From: Dehalococcoidia bacterium
GTDB taxonomy: Bacteria > Chloroflexota > Dehalococcoidia > UBA2979
Assembly: GCA_009692705.1 (NCBI GenBank)
Contig: SHYR01000004.1
Location: 1 to 63,957 of the forward strand
Length of the DNA stretch: 63,957 nt
Direction: 5' to 3'
A program made the translations under genes and the position numbers. Below are positions 1 to 8,425 of the stretch, one piece after another. Numbering within the stretch: position 1 is the stretch's first letter; each line of letters opens with the position of its first letter. The notes under the pieces were generated by a model. That model was given only the letters and a program-made list of their open reading frames with translations, was not told the DNA's origin and made no database searches.

Positions 1-124
1 AGTCTGCGCATGCGCCCCCTCCTGCTCGTTCGCAACTCAGTCTACCGCGAGCGCGCGGTGCACGAAACGGCGCGGCGCCGCACCGGAACGGTGCGGCGCC
101 TGACGCCGCGGCGCCGCTGTTGCG

Positions 125-154
125 TTGCTCACGAGCTACCGCCCCGCCTATACT
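125..154 (+). promoter_or_regulatory. Candidate sigma70-type promoter of rpmH (TTGCTC-N18-TATACT)
   Basis: TTGCTC at 125-130, an 18-nt spacer, TATACT at 149-154, about 60 nt upstream of the rpmH GTG. The same architecture recurs at 13342 and 40523. Confidence 0.35.
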
Positions 155-213
155 CTGAGGCCTGCGAGATCGCTACCCCTTCCAGATCGCGCGCTATCCC
201 GAAGGAGCGCTCG

Positions 214-351
214 GTGACGAAGCGGACCTGGCAACCGAAGCGCGGGCGTCGCCAGCGCCGGCACGGCTTCATGGCGCGCATGTCGACCCGGGGCGGACGG
301 CACGTGATTCAGCGCCGCCGCCAGCGCGGACGGCGGCGGCTGGCCGTCTAG
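214..351 (+). CDS. rpmH: 50S ribosomal protein L34
   Basis: GTG at 214 is in frame with ORF 10..351. The product [45 protein letters not shown] carries the L34 signature. rnpA follows 13 nt later. Confidence 0.9.
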   Translation: MTKRTWQPKRGRRQRRHGFMARMSTRGGRHVIQRRRQRGRRRLAV

Positions 352-363
352 GTCCGCCGCACG

Positions 364-705
364 ATGCCGCCGCGCCGGGGCGAGGAGCGCCTGCGGCGCC
401 GCCAGGACTTCGTCGCGGTGCTGCGCCGCGGCCGCCGCACCAGGCATCGCCTGCTGCGGCTCTCCGCGCGGCCGAACGGCCTGCAACACAGCCGTTATGG
501 ATTTGCGGTCGGAAGAGCGGTGGGGAACGCGGTGGCCCGCAACCGCGCCAAGCGCCGCTTGCGCGAGGTCATGCGGAGGCTGCCGCTGGCGGCGGGATAC
601 GACGTGGTGGTGACGGCGGAGCCGGCAAGCGCTGCCGCGAGCTTTTGTGAGCTGGTAGATGCGGTGAAGGCCTGCACAGAGCGCATGGATCTGATTGCGC
701 AATGA
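364..705 (+). CDS. rnpA: Ribonuclease P protein component
   Basis: 113-aa basic protein with FAVGRAVGNAVARNRAKRRLRE, typical of RnpA. It sits in the conserved position between rpmH and yidD. Confidence 0.85.
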   Translation: MPPRRGEERLRRRQDFVAVLRRGRRTRHRLLRLSARPNGLQHSRYGFAVGRAVGNAVARNRAKRRLREVMRRLPLAAGYDVVVTAEPASAAASFCELVDAVKACTERMDLIAQ

Positions 706-761
706 AGATGTCTGTTGGACGCTGCTAATAGGCGCCATTGGCGGAGATAGGTAGAGGATAG

Positions 762-2150
762 ATGAGAGGCGTTGCGCTCGCCGCCATCCGCTTCTATCAG
801 CGGTCGCTCTCGCCCTTGCTCGGGGCGCGCTGCCGGTACGAGCCCACCTGCTCGCGCTACGCCTACGAGGCGATCGAGCAGTACGGCGTGCTGCGCGGCG
901 GCTGGATGGGCATCGTGCGCCTGCTGCGCTGCCACCCCGGCCGGGCGGGTGGCTACGACCCGGTGCCGGAGCTGCTGGCGCGTGCTGAGGGCGCCGACGG
1001 GCAGGCTCCCCCAGTGTTTCACGTGAAACATAACGTGGCGTCCGCTCGAACTCGCCAGCGCGCGCTGCTGGTGCTGGCCGTCTCGCTGCTGAGCGTGCTC
1101 GCCGCCGGCTGCGCCAGCGTTGCACAAGCCAAGGGCTGGGCCAGCCCGATACGCAGCGGCGAGCTGGTGATCGCTCAGACCAAGAACGGCGTCGTCAGCG
1201 CGCTCCAGCTCACCGGCGGCGAGCTGAAGGGCAGCGAGGCGAAGCTGCTCTGGAGCTTTCCGGGCGACGACGACGACATCGACCTCAAGGCCGTCTACGG
1301 CACCCCGGCGGTCGCCGGCTCCACGCTCTACATCGCCTCCTACAGCGGCCTCATGGTCGCGCTCGACCTCAAGACCGGCCGCCCGAGCGGCGCTTGGGGC
1401 GGCCCGATCGACCTGGGCGACCGCGTCGTCGCCTCGCCGCTGCTGATCGGCGACATGCTCTACGTCACCACCGAGCGTGGCTCCGTAGTGGCGATCGACG
1501 CCCGGACCGGGGCCCGCCGCCAGCTGACTCAGATCGAGGCCACGCGTATCTGGGGCAGCCCGCAGGCCGACGCCGGAACCCTCTATCTCGCCACGCTCGA
1601 CTCGCGCTTGGTCGCGGTCGATCGCTCCGAGGGCGGCGTGCGCTGGAGTCGCGATCTCGGCGCCGTCGCCGGCGATCTCCGCATCGACGACGGGCTGCTG
1701 CTCGTCGGCTCCTTCGACCGCGAGTTGCGTGCGCTCGACCTCTCCGCGGAGGGCGCGCCGCGCTGGAGCTTCAAGGGCGACGCCTGGTTCTGGGGCCGCC
1801 CGCTCGTCAGCGGCGACACCATCTACGCCGCCACGGTCAACGGCACCGTCTACGCGATCGACCGCGCCAGCGGCAGGGAGCGCTGGCACTCGGCCGGCAA
1901 TGCCCCGAGAACCCACAGTGCGCCTGTGCTGGCCGGCGGGGTGCTGGTGATCGCCTCCGGCGAGGGTCGAGTCACCGGTATCGATCCCGCCAACGGCGCC
2001 ACGAAGTGGAATGTACGGCAGGAGGGAAGGCGATTCTTCGCCGACCCGCTGGTGCTAGAATCGGGCGTCGTCTACCTCGACGATTCCGGCGCCCTATGGC
2101 TGGTCGAGCCGGCCAGCGGCCTCATGCAACGCGTGAACGTGCACAACTAG
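762..2150 (+). CDS. yidD: YidD (membrane protein insertion efficiency factor) domain continuous in frame with a PQQ-like beta-propeller lipoprotein
   Basis: The N-terminus AIRFYQRSLSPLLGARCRYEPTCSRYAYEAIEQYGVLRGGWMGIVRLLRCHP matches YidD. After a linker come a signal peptide with lipobox LLSVLAAGC and repeated beta-propeller blades (LYIASYSG, LYVTTERG, IYAATVNG, VLVIASGEG). No stop separates the two parts. Internal GTGs at 1024 and 1036 could start the lipoprotein independently. Confidence 0.7.
   Translation: MRGVALAAIRFYQRSLSPLLGARCRYEPTCSRYAYEAIEQYGVLRGGWMGIVRLLRCHPGRAGGYDPVPELLARAEGADGQAPPVFHVKHNVASARTRQRALLVLAVSLLSVLAAGCASVAQAKGWASPIRSGELVIAQTKNGVVSALQLTGGELKGSEAKLLWSFPGDDDDIDLKAVYGTPAVAGSTLYIASYSGLMVALDLKTGRPSGAWGGPIDLGDRVVASPLLIGDMLYVTTERGSVVAIDARTGARRQLTQIEATRIWGSPQADAGTLYLATLDSRLVAVDRSEGGVRWSRDLGAVAGDLRIDDGLLLVGSFDRELRALDLSAEGAPRWSFKGDAWFWGRPLVSGDTIYAATVNGTVYAIDRASGRERWHSAGNAPRTHSAPVLAGGVLVIASGEGRVTGIDPANGATKWNVRQEGRRFFADPLVLESGVVYLDDSGALWLVEPASGLMQRVNVHN
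1015..1030. promoter_or_regulatory. parS: parS centromere-like site (ParB binding), perfect consensus
   Basis: TGTTTCACGTGAAACA is a perfect 16-bp palindrome identical to the Bacillus/actinobacterial parS consensus. parA-parB lie 4 kb downstream. Confidence 0.8.
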
Positions 2151-2171
2151 CCCGCGCAGCACAGGACCACC

Positions 2172-3128
2172 ATGCCGATCGGCTTCATCTGGCAGACCTT
2201 CCTCGAGACGCCGCTCGTCAACTTGATGGTGCTGCTCACGGTCGTCTGCTTCGGCTCCTACGGCCTCGCCATCCTCGCCTTCACCGTGATCACGCGCGTG
2301 GTCACGTTCCCGCTCACGATCCGTACCCTGCACTCCACGCGCGCGATGCAGGAGATCCAGCCTCGCCTGCAAGAGCTCCAGAAGCGCTACTCGGACCCCA
2401 AGCGGCGCTCCGAGGAGACCATGAAGCTCTATCGGGAGTCGGGCGTGAACCCGCTGGGCTGCCTCGGCAGCCAGATCGTCCAGTTCCCGATCTTCATCGC
2501 GCTCTACCAGGTGATCCGGATCACGCTCGCTGGCACGCCCGAGGGCGTGCTCACGCTCCAGAGCCGCCTCTACAACTTCGACCTGCTGCAGCGCGCCATC
2601 CCGCTGAGCACCAAGTTCCTGTTTATCGATCTCGGGGCGACCGGCAACATCATGCTCGTGGTCGTGGTGTTCTGCTCGATGTGGCTGCAGACGCGCATCT
2701 CCGGGAGCCGCAACGCCGCCCCTGCGGCGGGCAGCCAGCAGCAGCAGATGACCCAGATGATGCAATGGATGATGCCGGCGATGTTCTCCTATTTCGTGAT
2801 CGTGGTGCCGGCCGGGCTGGGCCTCTACTGGGCAGCCACGACCATCATCGGCATCGCCCTGCAGTGGAAGTTCGTCGGACCCGGCGACTTCACCTGGGGC
2901 TCGCTGATCCCGGCGGCCGCGCGCGCGCGCCTGCGCCTCGTGCCTGCGCGCTCCGCCGCCCGCACCCCCACCGCCACTTCAGCCGCCGACGGCGGCATCG
3001 TCGAAGCGAGGGACAACGATGGCCAGAGTAGTGGAGACCAGCGGCGCCGACGTCGAGCAGGCAACCGTGCGGGCGCTCGCCCAGCTCGGTCTCAGTCGCG
3101 ATCAGGTCGACGTCGACGTCGTTCGTGA
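2172..3128 (+). CDS. yidC: Membrane protein insertase YidC (short Gram-positive/Oxa1 type) with a basic C-terminal tail
   Basis: Contains ILAFTVITRVVTFPLTIRTLHSTRAMQEIQPRLQELQKRYSDPKRRSEETMKLYRESGVNPLGC and multiple TM segments. It sits in the conserved position after yidD. The last 110 nt overlap jag. Confidence 0.85.
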   Translation: MPIGFIWQTFLETPLVNLMVLLTVVCFGSYGLAILAFTVITRVVTFPLTIRTLHSTRAMQEIQPRLQELQKRYSDPKRRSEETMKLYRESGVNPLGCLGSQIVQFPIFIALYQVIRITLAGTPEGVLTLQSRLYNFDLLQRAIPLSTKFLFIDLGATGNIMLVVVVFCSMWLQTRISGSRNAAPAAGSQQQQMTQMMQWMMPAMFSYFVIVVPAGLGLYWAATTIIGIALQWKFVGPGDFTWGSLIPAAARARLRLVPARSAARTPTATSAADGGIVEARDNDGQSSGDQRRRRRAGNRAGARPARSQSRSGRRRRRS

Positions 3129-4032
3129 GGGGAAGCGCGGCTTCCTCGGCATCGGCGGCGAGGATGCCGTCGTGCGCGTCACGGCGCACGAGAGCCTGGA
3201 GGCGGTGGCGCAGCAGGCCGCCGCGCGCCAGCGCGGCCGCCGCGGCGGTCGCGGACGTGGACCCGACACGCGCGGCGCCGGCATGGGCGGACCGGCCGCG
3301 CCATCGCGCGGCCCGCGCCCGCCACGCGAATCGCATGAAGCGGGCGCGGGGGCGCCGGCCGCGGGCGGGCGGCCCGGCGAGAGACGGGAAGGGCGCTTCG
3401 ATGGCCGTCCCGATCGCCGCCCCGACTGGCGCAGCCGCGGGCCACGCGAGCCGCGGCCGCCGACGCACGCCGGGGGCGCGGGTACGCCGGTGCCGGGCGC
3501 ACCGGACGAGCTACCGGTGGCGCCGATCACGGATTTCGAGGACCAGGTCGACCTCGCCGGGCGCACGCTTCGCGACCTGCTGGCGCTGCTCGGACTCACG
3601 AACACGGAGATCACCGCGCGCGCCCCGGAGACCGCGGGCGACGGCCTTGGCCTGGTCGAGCAGGTCTTCGACATCTACGGCAACGACGAAGACACCTCGG
3701 AGCAGCTCGGGCTGCTGATCGGCCGCCGCGGCGAGACGCTGGGCGCGCTGCAGTACCTGCTGAACGTGATCGGATCCAGCCAGAGCGGAGGCGACCAGAT
3801 CTTCGGCGTCGATATCGAGGGCTACCGCCGTCGCCGCGAGCAGAGCCTGATCGAGCTCGCGCTGCGCATCGCTGACGAGGTGCGCACCAGCGGCGACGTG
3901 ATCACGCTGGAGCCGATGCCGGCCTCCGAGCGGCGCATCATCCACCTCACGCTGGAGCACGCGGATGGGGTGCGGACCGAGAGCGTGGGCTCGGGAAACG
4001 ACCGCCAGGTGGAGGTCATGCCAGACCACTAG
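3019..4032 (+). CDS. jag: Jag/KhpB RNA-binding protein (Jag_N + KH + R3H) with a long Arg/Gly/Pro-rich insert
   Basis: The N-terminus MARVVETSGADVEQATVRALAQLGLSRDQVDVDVVREGKRGFLGIGGEDAVVRV matches Jag_N. The C-terminus (LLIGRRGETLGALQYLLN ... MPASERRIIHLTL) carries the KH and R3H motifs. It sits after yidC. Confidence 0.8.
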   Translation: MARVVETSGADVEQATVRALAQLGLSRDQVDVDVVREGKRGFLGIGGEDAVVRVTAHESLEAVAQQAAARQRGRRGGRGRGPDTRGAGMGGPAAPSRGPRPPRESHEAGAGAPAAGGRPGERREGRFDGRPDRRPDWRSRGPREPRPPTHAGGAGTPVPGAPDELPVAPITDFEDQVDLAGRTLRDLLALLGLTNTEITARAPETAGDGLGLVEQVFDIYGNDEDTSEQLGLLIGRRGETLGALQYLLNVIGSSQSGGDQIFGVDIEGYRRRREQSLIELALRIADEVRTSGDVITLEPMPASERRIIHLTLEHADGVRTESVGSGNDRQVEVMPDH

Positions 4033-4078
4033 ACCGGAGTAACCGGGAACGACCGACAATGCCTGAGCGCCACTGAGA

Positions 4079-4987
4079 ATGCCTGAAGATAGTCGCGAGG
4101 CAGCGCCGCCGGGCGAGGCGGTGGGCAGGACCACGCCGCGAGCCCTGATCGTCGGTCCGCTCACGCTCGACGTCTTCCCCGACGGCGTGCAGGCTGGCGG
4201 CCCCGTCTCCTACGCGGCCCGCGCGGCCGCCGCGCTCGGTGAGCGCATCGCGATTCTCACCACCGGCGGCCCCGATGCCCAGTGCAACGCGTTCGCTGGG
4301 CACGACACCTGCTTCGTGCCCGCCGGCGCTACCCTCCGCTTCGAGTTCCACGACGCGCCGGACGGCTCGAGGCGGCTGCGCGTGTTCGCCTGGCTGGATC
4401 GCCAGCTGCGCGAGCACGATCTGCCGGCGGGCTGGGAGTAGGTCTCGCTGCTGATGCTCGCCCCACTGCTCGACGACGACATCGACCCCGACTCGTTCGC
4501 CGCGCTCCCCGCGCCGGGCGGCCGCGCCCTGCTCGCACAGGGCCTCCAGCGCTCGCTCACCGCGTCGTCGGAGGTCACGCACGCGCCCCGCGCGACGCCC
4601 GCCCTGCTGCGTGCGTGCACGCCCGCCACGTCCGTGTTCCTGTCGAGCAAGGAGATCGCGGGCTGGGCCCCGGGTGAGATCGACCGCGTCGTCGCGCGCG
4701 CGGGGCGTGTGATAGTCACCCGCGGCGCAGACGGCGCGGAGGTACTGGCGCACGGCGCTGCGCCACTGCACGTGGACGCCTGTCCGGCGCGGGCGATCGA
4801 CCCCACCGGCGCTGGCGAAGCCTTCGCGACCGCGTTTATGCTCTCGCTGGCGGATGGCCCGCTCGCCGCCGTGCGCGTGGCGAGCGTGGTCGTCGCCGCG
4901 GCGGTGGAGGTGCGCGGCCCCGCCCCGCTGCCCGCGCGCGATGTGCTGCTGCGGCGCCTCGCCGCCGCCCGGGGGGGCGGGCCGTGA
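4079..4987 (+). pseudogene. PfkB-family carbohydrate kinase interrupted by one in-frame TAG (4439-4441)
   Basis: ORFs 4079..4441 and 4454..4987 share a frame. The C-terminal half has the ribokinase-family motif DPTGAGEAFATAF. The stop overlaps the parA start (GTGA). Confidence 0.65.
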
Positions 4988-5772
4988 GCGTGGTGTTCGC
5001 GGTTGCGAACCAGAAGGGCGGCGTCGGCAAGACCACCACCGCGGTCTCGCTCGGCGCCGCGTTCGCGGCGCGCGGGCTGCGGGTGCTGCTGGTTGACGCC
5101 GACCCGCAGTCGAACGCTACGGCGGCGCTCGGGCAGCGGCCCGGCGAGCGCGGCGGCATCTACGAGTCGCTGGTCGACGAGCGCCCGCTGCGCGACTGCG
5201 TGACCGCCACCGGCACGCCGGGACTGTGGCTAATCCCCGCCACCACCGACCTCGCCGGTGCGGAGGTGGAGCTGGTGTCGGTGATGGCGCGCGAGTTCCG
5301 CTTGAAGCGCGTGCTGGAGCCGTTGCGCGACGAGTACGACTTCGTGATCATCGACTGCCCGCCCTCGCTGGGGCTGCTGACGGTGAACGCGCTGGCTGCC
5401 GCCGACGAAGTGATCATCCCGGTGCAGAGCGAGTACTTGGCGCTGGAAGGGCTGAGCCATCTCTCGCGCACGATCGAGCTGGCGCGCCGCAACCTCAACC
5501 CGCAGTTGCGGGTGCGCGGCATCCTGCTGACGATGTTCGACGCGCGCACCAACCTCGCGCGCCAGGTGGAGGAGGAAGTGCGCCGCCACTTCGACAACAC
5601 CTTCACCGCCGTGATCCCGCGCACCGTGCGGCTCTCGGAGGCCCCCAGCCACGGCGAGCCGATCCAGAGCTACGACCCGCTGTCGGCGGGGGCGGTGGCT
5701 TACGATGCATTTGCCGACGAACTGCTGCGCCAGCTCCAGACCCCGGTTCGCGGAGGGCCACATGGCACGTAG
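4984..5772 (+). CDS. parA: Chromosome partitioning ATPase ParA/Soj
   Basis: Deviant Walker A motif VANQKGGVGKTTTAVSLG, followed by VLLVDADPQSNAT. It lies directly upstream of parB. Confidence 0.9.
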   Translation: MSVVFAVANQKGGVGKTTTAVSLGAAFAARGLRVLLVDADPQSNATAALGQRPGERGGIYESLVDERPLRDCVTATGTPGLWLIPATTDLAGAEVELVSVMAREFRLKRVLEPLRDEYDFVIIDCPPSLGLLTVNALAAADEVIIPVQSEYLALEGLSHLSRTIELARRNLNPQLRVRGILLTMFDARTNLARQVEEEVRRHFDNTFTAVIPRTVRLSEAPSHGEPIQSYDPLSAGAVAYDAFADELLRQLQTPVRGGPHGT

Positions 5773-6646
5773 GAGCGGACTTGGCCGCGGCCTGGCGGCG
5801 CTAATCCCAGACGCCGCGGCCAGCGACGAACGCATCCCGGTCACCGAGGTCGCGATCGACCGTGTGGTGCCGAACCCGCAGCAGCCGCGGCAGGCGTTCG
5901 GCGAGGCGGAGCTCGCCGAGTTGGCGGATTCCATCCGCGAGCACGGCGTGATCCAGCCGCTGCTCGTTTCCGAGCAGCGCGGCGTCGACGGCGTGGTGAG
6001 TTACCAGCTGATCGCCGGTGAGCGTCGCCTGCGCGCCGCGCGCAGCGCCGGCCTCACGCACGTGCCGGTGACCGTCCGCCAGAGCACGCCGCAGGACCTG
6101 CTGGAGCTGGCGTTGATCGAGAACCTCCAGCGCGAGGACCTCAACCCGCTGGAGCAGGCGCATGCCTACCAGCGGCTGGTGGACGAGTTCCTGCTCACCC
6201 AGCAGGAGGTCGCGCGGCGCGTCGGCCGTTCGCGCACCGCGGTCGCGAACACGCTGCGGCTGCTCGACCTGCCGGAGGAGCTGCGCGCCTCGCTCGCCGC
6301 CGGCGAGATCAGCGAGGGGCACGCGCGCGCCCTGCTCGGGATCGCGGACCCTGTGGCGCGGCGCGCCGCCTGGCGCGTGATCGTGGAGCAGGGCCTGAAC
6401 GTGCGGCAGGCAGAGGCGATCGGGCGCGGGGCGCGCGTGGCGCGGCCCGCGTCCGCGGCGCCACGGGTGGCCCGCGCCGACCCCGAGACCGAGGCGCTGA
6501 CGGAGTCGCTGCGCCGCAGCCTCGGCACCAAGGTGACGCTGCGACGCAACCGCCGCGGCGCCGGCGCGGTGACGATCCATTTCTTCAGCGACGAAGAGCT
6601 GGAGGGGCTGCTGGAGCGCATCGTGGGACCGGCGGCGGCCCGGTGA
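5762..6646 (+). CDS. parB: Chromosome partitioning protein ParB/Spo0J
   Basis: ATG at 5762 gives MARRSGLGRGLAALIP. Also present are ParB-box GVIQPLLV, LIAGERRLRAA and the HTH QQEVARRVGRSRTAVANTLRLL. It overlaps parA by 11 nt. Confidence 0.9.
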   Translation: MARRSGLGRGLAALIPDAAASDERIPVTEVAIDRVVPNPQQPRQAFGEAELAELADSIREHGVIQPLLVSEQRGVDGVVSYQLIAGERRLRAARSAGLTHVPVTVRQSTPQDLLELALIENLQREDLNPLEQAHAYQRLVDEFLLTQQEVARRVGRSRTAVANTLRLLDLPEELRASLAAGEISEGHARALLGIADPVARRAAWRVIVEQGLNVRQAEAIGRGARVARPASAAPRVARADPETEALTESLRRSLGTKVTLRRNRRGAGAVTIHFFSDEELEGLLERIVGPAAAR

Positions 6647-7431
6647 CCGACTTCGCGGAAGTGCTGCGTGCATACGCTGACGCCCTCGCGATGAACTTCC
6701 GCCTCCACGTAGTCGCTCAACCAGAGGACCAGCTGAAGGCCCCAGTGGGGAACCTCTTGCGCGCGTTCGGCCGCGTCGCCCGTCTGGACGTGAACTCGCG
6801 TACCGAGGTGCGCGACGACGACGTAGAGGGGCGCCCGGACCTCGGGGTCACCGTCACCAGACTGCTGACCGGGCACATTGAGTTGAAGAGGCACGGTCTC
6901 GGTGCGCGCCCCGAGCGCTTCACCGGGGTGAACAGAGAGCAGTGGAACCGCTTCAAGGCACTGCCCAATCTCGTCTACACCGACGGCTCGGAGTGGAGCC
7001 TCTACCACAGCGGAGAACTCGTCCAACGGGTCAGGATCGCCGACGACGTAAGCGAAGATGGGTTCGGCGGCCTCATCGAGCAAGCCGGCGCAGGACTTGA
7101 AGACTTGTTCCGCACGTTACTGAACTGGAATCCTATCGTGCTAAGGACCGCGCGCGGTCTCGCCGAGTTCATCGCGCCTCTGACCAGGTTCCTGCGCGAT
7201 GAGGTGGCAAAGGCACTCACCCGCGAAGGCGGTCCCCTGCGCCAGCTCGCCGCGGAGTGGCGCGCGATCCTCTTCCCCGAGGCGGATGATGCGCAGGTCG
7301 CAGACGCGTATGCGCAGACCATGACCTACGCGCTGCTCCTCGCCCACTTCGAGGGCGCCACGCGCCGCGGGGCCGCCCAGCAGGAACTTGGTGGTGAATT
7401 CGGGCGCATCGTGGGGCCGGGGGCATGGTGA
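6643..7431 (+). pseudogene. N-terminal fragment (262 aa) of a PglX/type IIG-like DNA methyltransferase-restriction protein
   Basis: Motifs include EDQLKAPVGNLL, GRPDLGVTV...GHIELK (D..ExK nuclease-like), QWNRFKALPNLVYTDGSEWSLY, and FPEADDAQVADAYAQTMTYALLLA. From memory these match the N-terminal ~25% of ~1000-aa Pgl/BREX-type methylases. No methyltransferase motifs follow. GC is lower than in the flanks. Confidence 0.5.
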
Positions 7432-7889
7432 CGGTCGCGCAGCGGCTCGCGGCGCTCGGGATCGCGCTGCCGCCCCCGGCGGCGCCGCTGGCGCTCTACC
7501 GTGCCGCGACGCGAGCGGGGGCGCTGGTGTACGTCTCCGGGCAGCTCGCCACGCGCGACGGCAAAGTGCTGCACCCCGGCCGCCTCGGCGCCGGCGTGAG
7601 CATGGAGCAGGGGCGGGAGGCCGCGCGCGCCGCCGCGCTGAACGCGCTGGCCGCGGCGCAGGCGCTGCTGGGCAGCCTCGACGGCGTGCGCGTGGTGCGG
7701 CTGACGGGCTACGTTGCCTGCGAGCCGGGCTTCACCGAGCAGCCGCAGGTGCTCAACGGCGCGAGCGAGCTGCTGCGCGACGCGCTCGGCGAGGAGGCGG
7801 GCGTCGGCGCGCGGGTGGCGATCGGCGTCGTCGCGCTGCCCGCGGGGTCGCCGGTCGAGCTCGACCTGATCTTGGACGTGGGCGCGTGA
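7425..7889 (+). CDS. RidA/YjgF family reactive-intermediate deaminase
   Basis: 154-aa protein with ALVYVSGQLA...GKV, VVRLTGYV and VALPAGSPVELD, typical of the YjgF/RidA fold. Confidence 0.75.
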   Translation: MVTVAQRLAALGIALPPPAAPLALYRAATRAGALVYVSGQLATRDGKVLHPGRLGAGVSMEQGREAARAAALNALAAAQALLGSLDGVRVVRLTGYVACEPGFTEQPQVLNGASELLRDALGEEAGVGARVAIGVVALPAGSPVELDLILDVGA

Positions 7890-7905
7890 GGGGGGGGGAC
7901 CGCTG

Positions 7906-8397
7906 ATGGCCCGTATCGACTTCGTGACCGGCAACGCGCAGCGCTACCTGCCCGCTGTGGGGGCGCTGGCCGAGGTGCCCGACCGCCTCGAGCGCCTGCT
8001 CGCCGCGCACCCGGCGGCGGAGCTGCGGCACGCGCCAGCCGCTGGCGAGTGGTCGCCCGCGCGCATCATGGGCCACCTGGTGGCGTACGCGCGCCACAGC
8101 CGCTCGCGCATCCACCGCATGGTGTGGATGACCGACCCGGTGTTCGCCCCCTTCGACGACGAGCAGGAGGCGGAGGCGAACGCCTGGGAGGCGCAGAGCG
8201 GCGCCGCGTTGCTGGAGGCGCTCACCGCCGCGATCGCCGAGACGGTCGAGGAGCTGAAGGATCTGCCGGACGCCTCGTGGGGGCGGGCTGGCATCCACCC
8301 AGTGGACGGGCGGCGCTCGATCCACCAGCAGGTGCTGATGGGCATGGACCATTACGCCGAGCACTGCGACCAGCTGGAGCGCGCGGTCGCGCGCTGA
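7906..8397 (+). CDS. DinB-family (DinB_2) protein
   Basis: 163-aa four-helix type with EWSPARIMGHLV near the N-terminus and MGMDHYAEHCDQL near the C-terminus (His triad pattern). A good SD (GGGGGG) precedes the ATG. Confidence 0.65.
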   Translation: MARIDFVTGNAQRYLPAVGALAEVPDRLERLLAAHPAAELRHAPAAGEWSPARIMGHLVAYARHSRSRIHRMVWMTDPVFAPFDDEQEAEANAWEAQSGAALLEALTAAIAETVEELKDLPDASWGRAGIHPVDGRRSIHQQVLMGMDHYAEHCDQLERAVAR

Positions 8398-8425
8398 CCA
8401 TCGCGGCGGTGCCCGGGGACGCGGG

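Noticed and set aside
1-760. A search for oriC features (DnaA-box clusters TTATCCACA, an AT-rich DUE) near rpmH and in other intergenic regions.
   Set aside because: I found only isolated 7/9 matches, and those lie inside coding regions (for example ATCCACA at 14240 and 59434). I saw no cluster. The origin, if nearby, lies outside the window.
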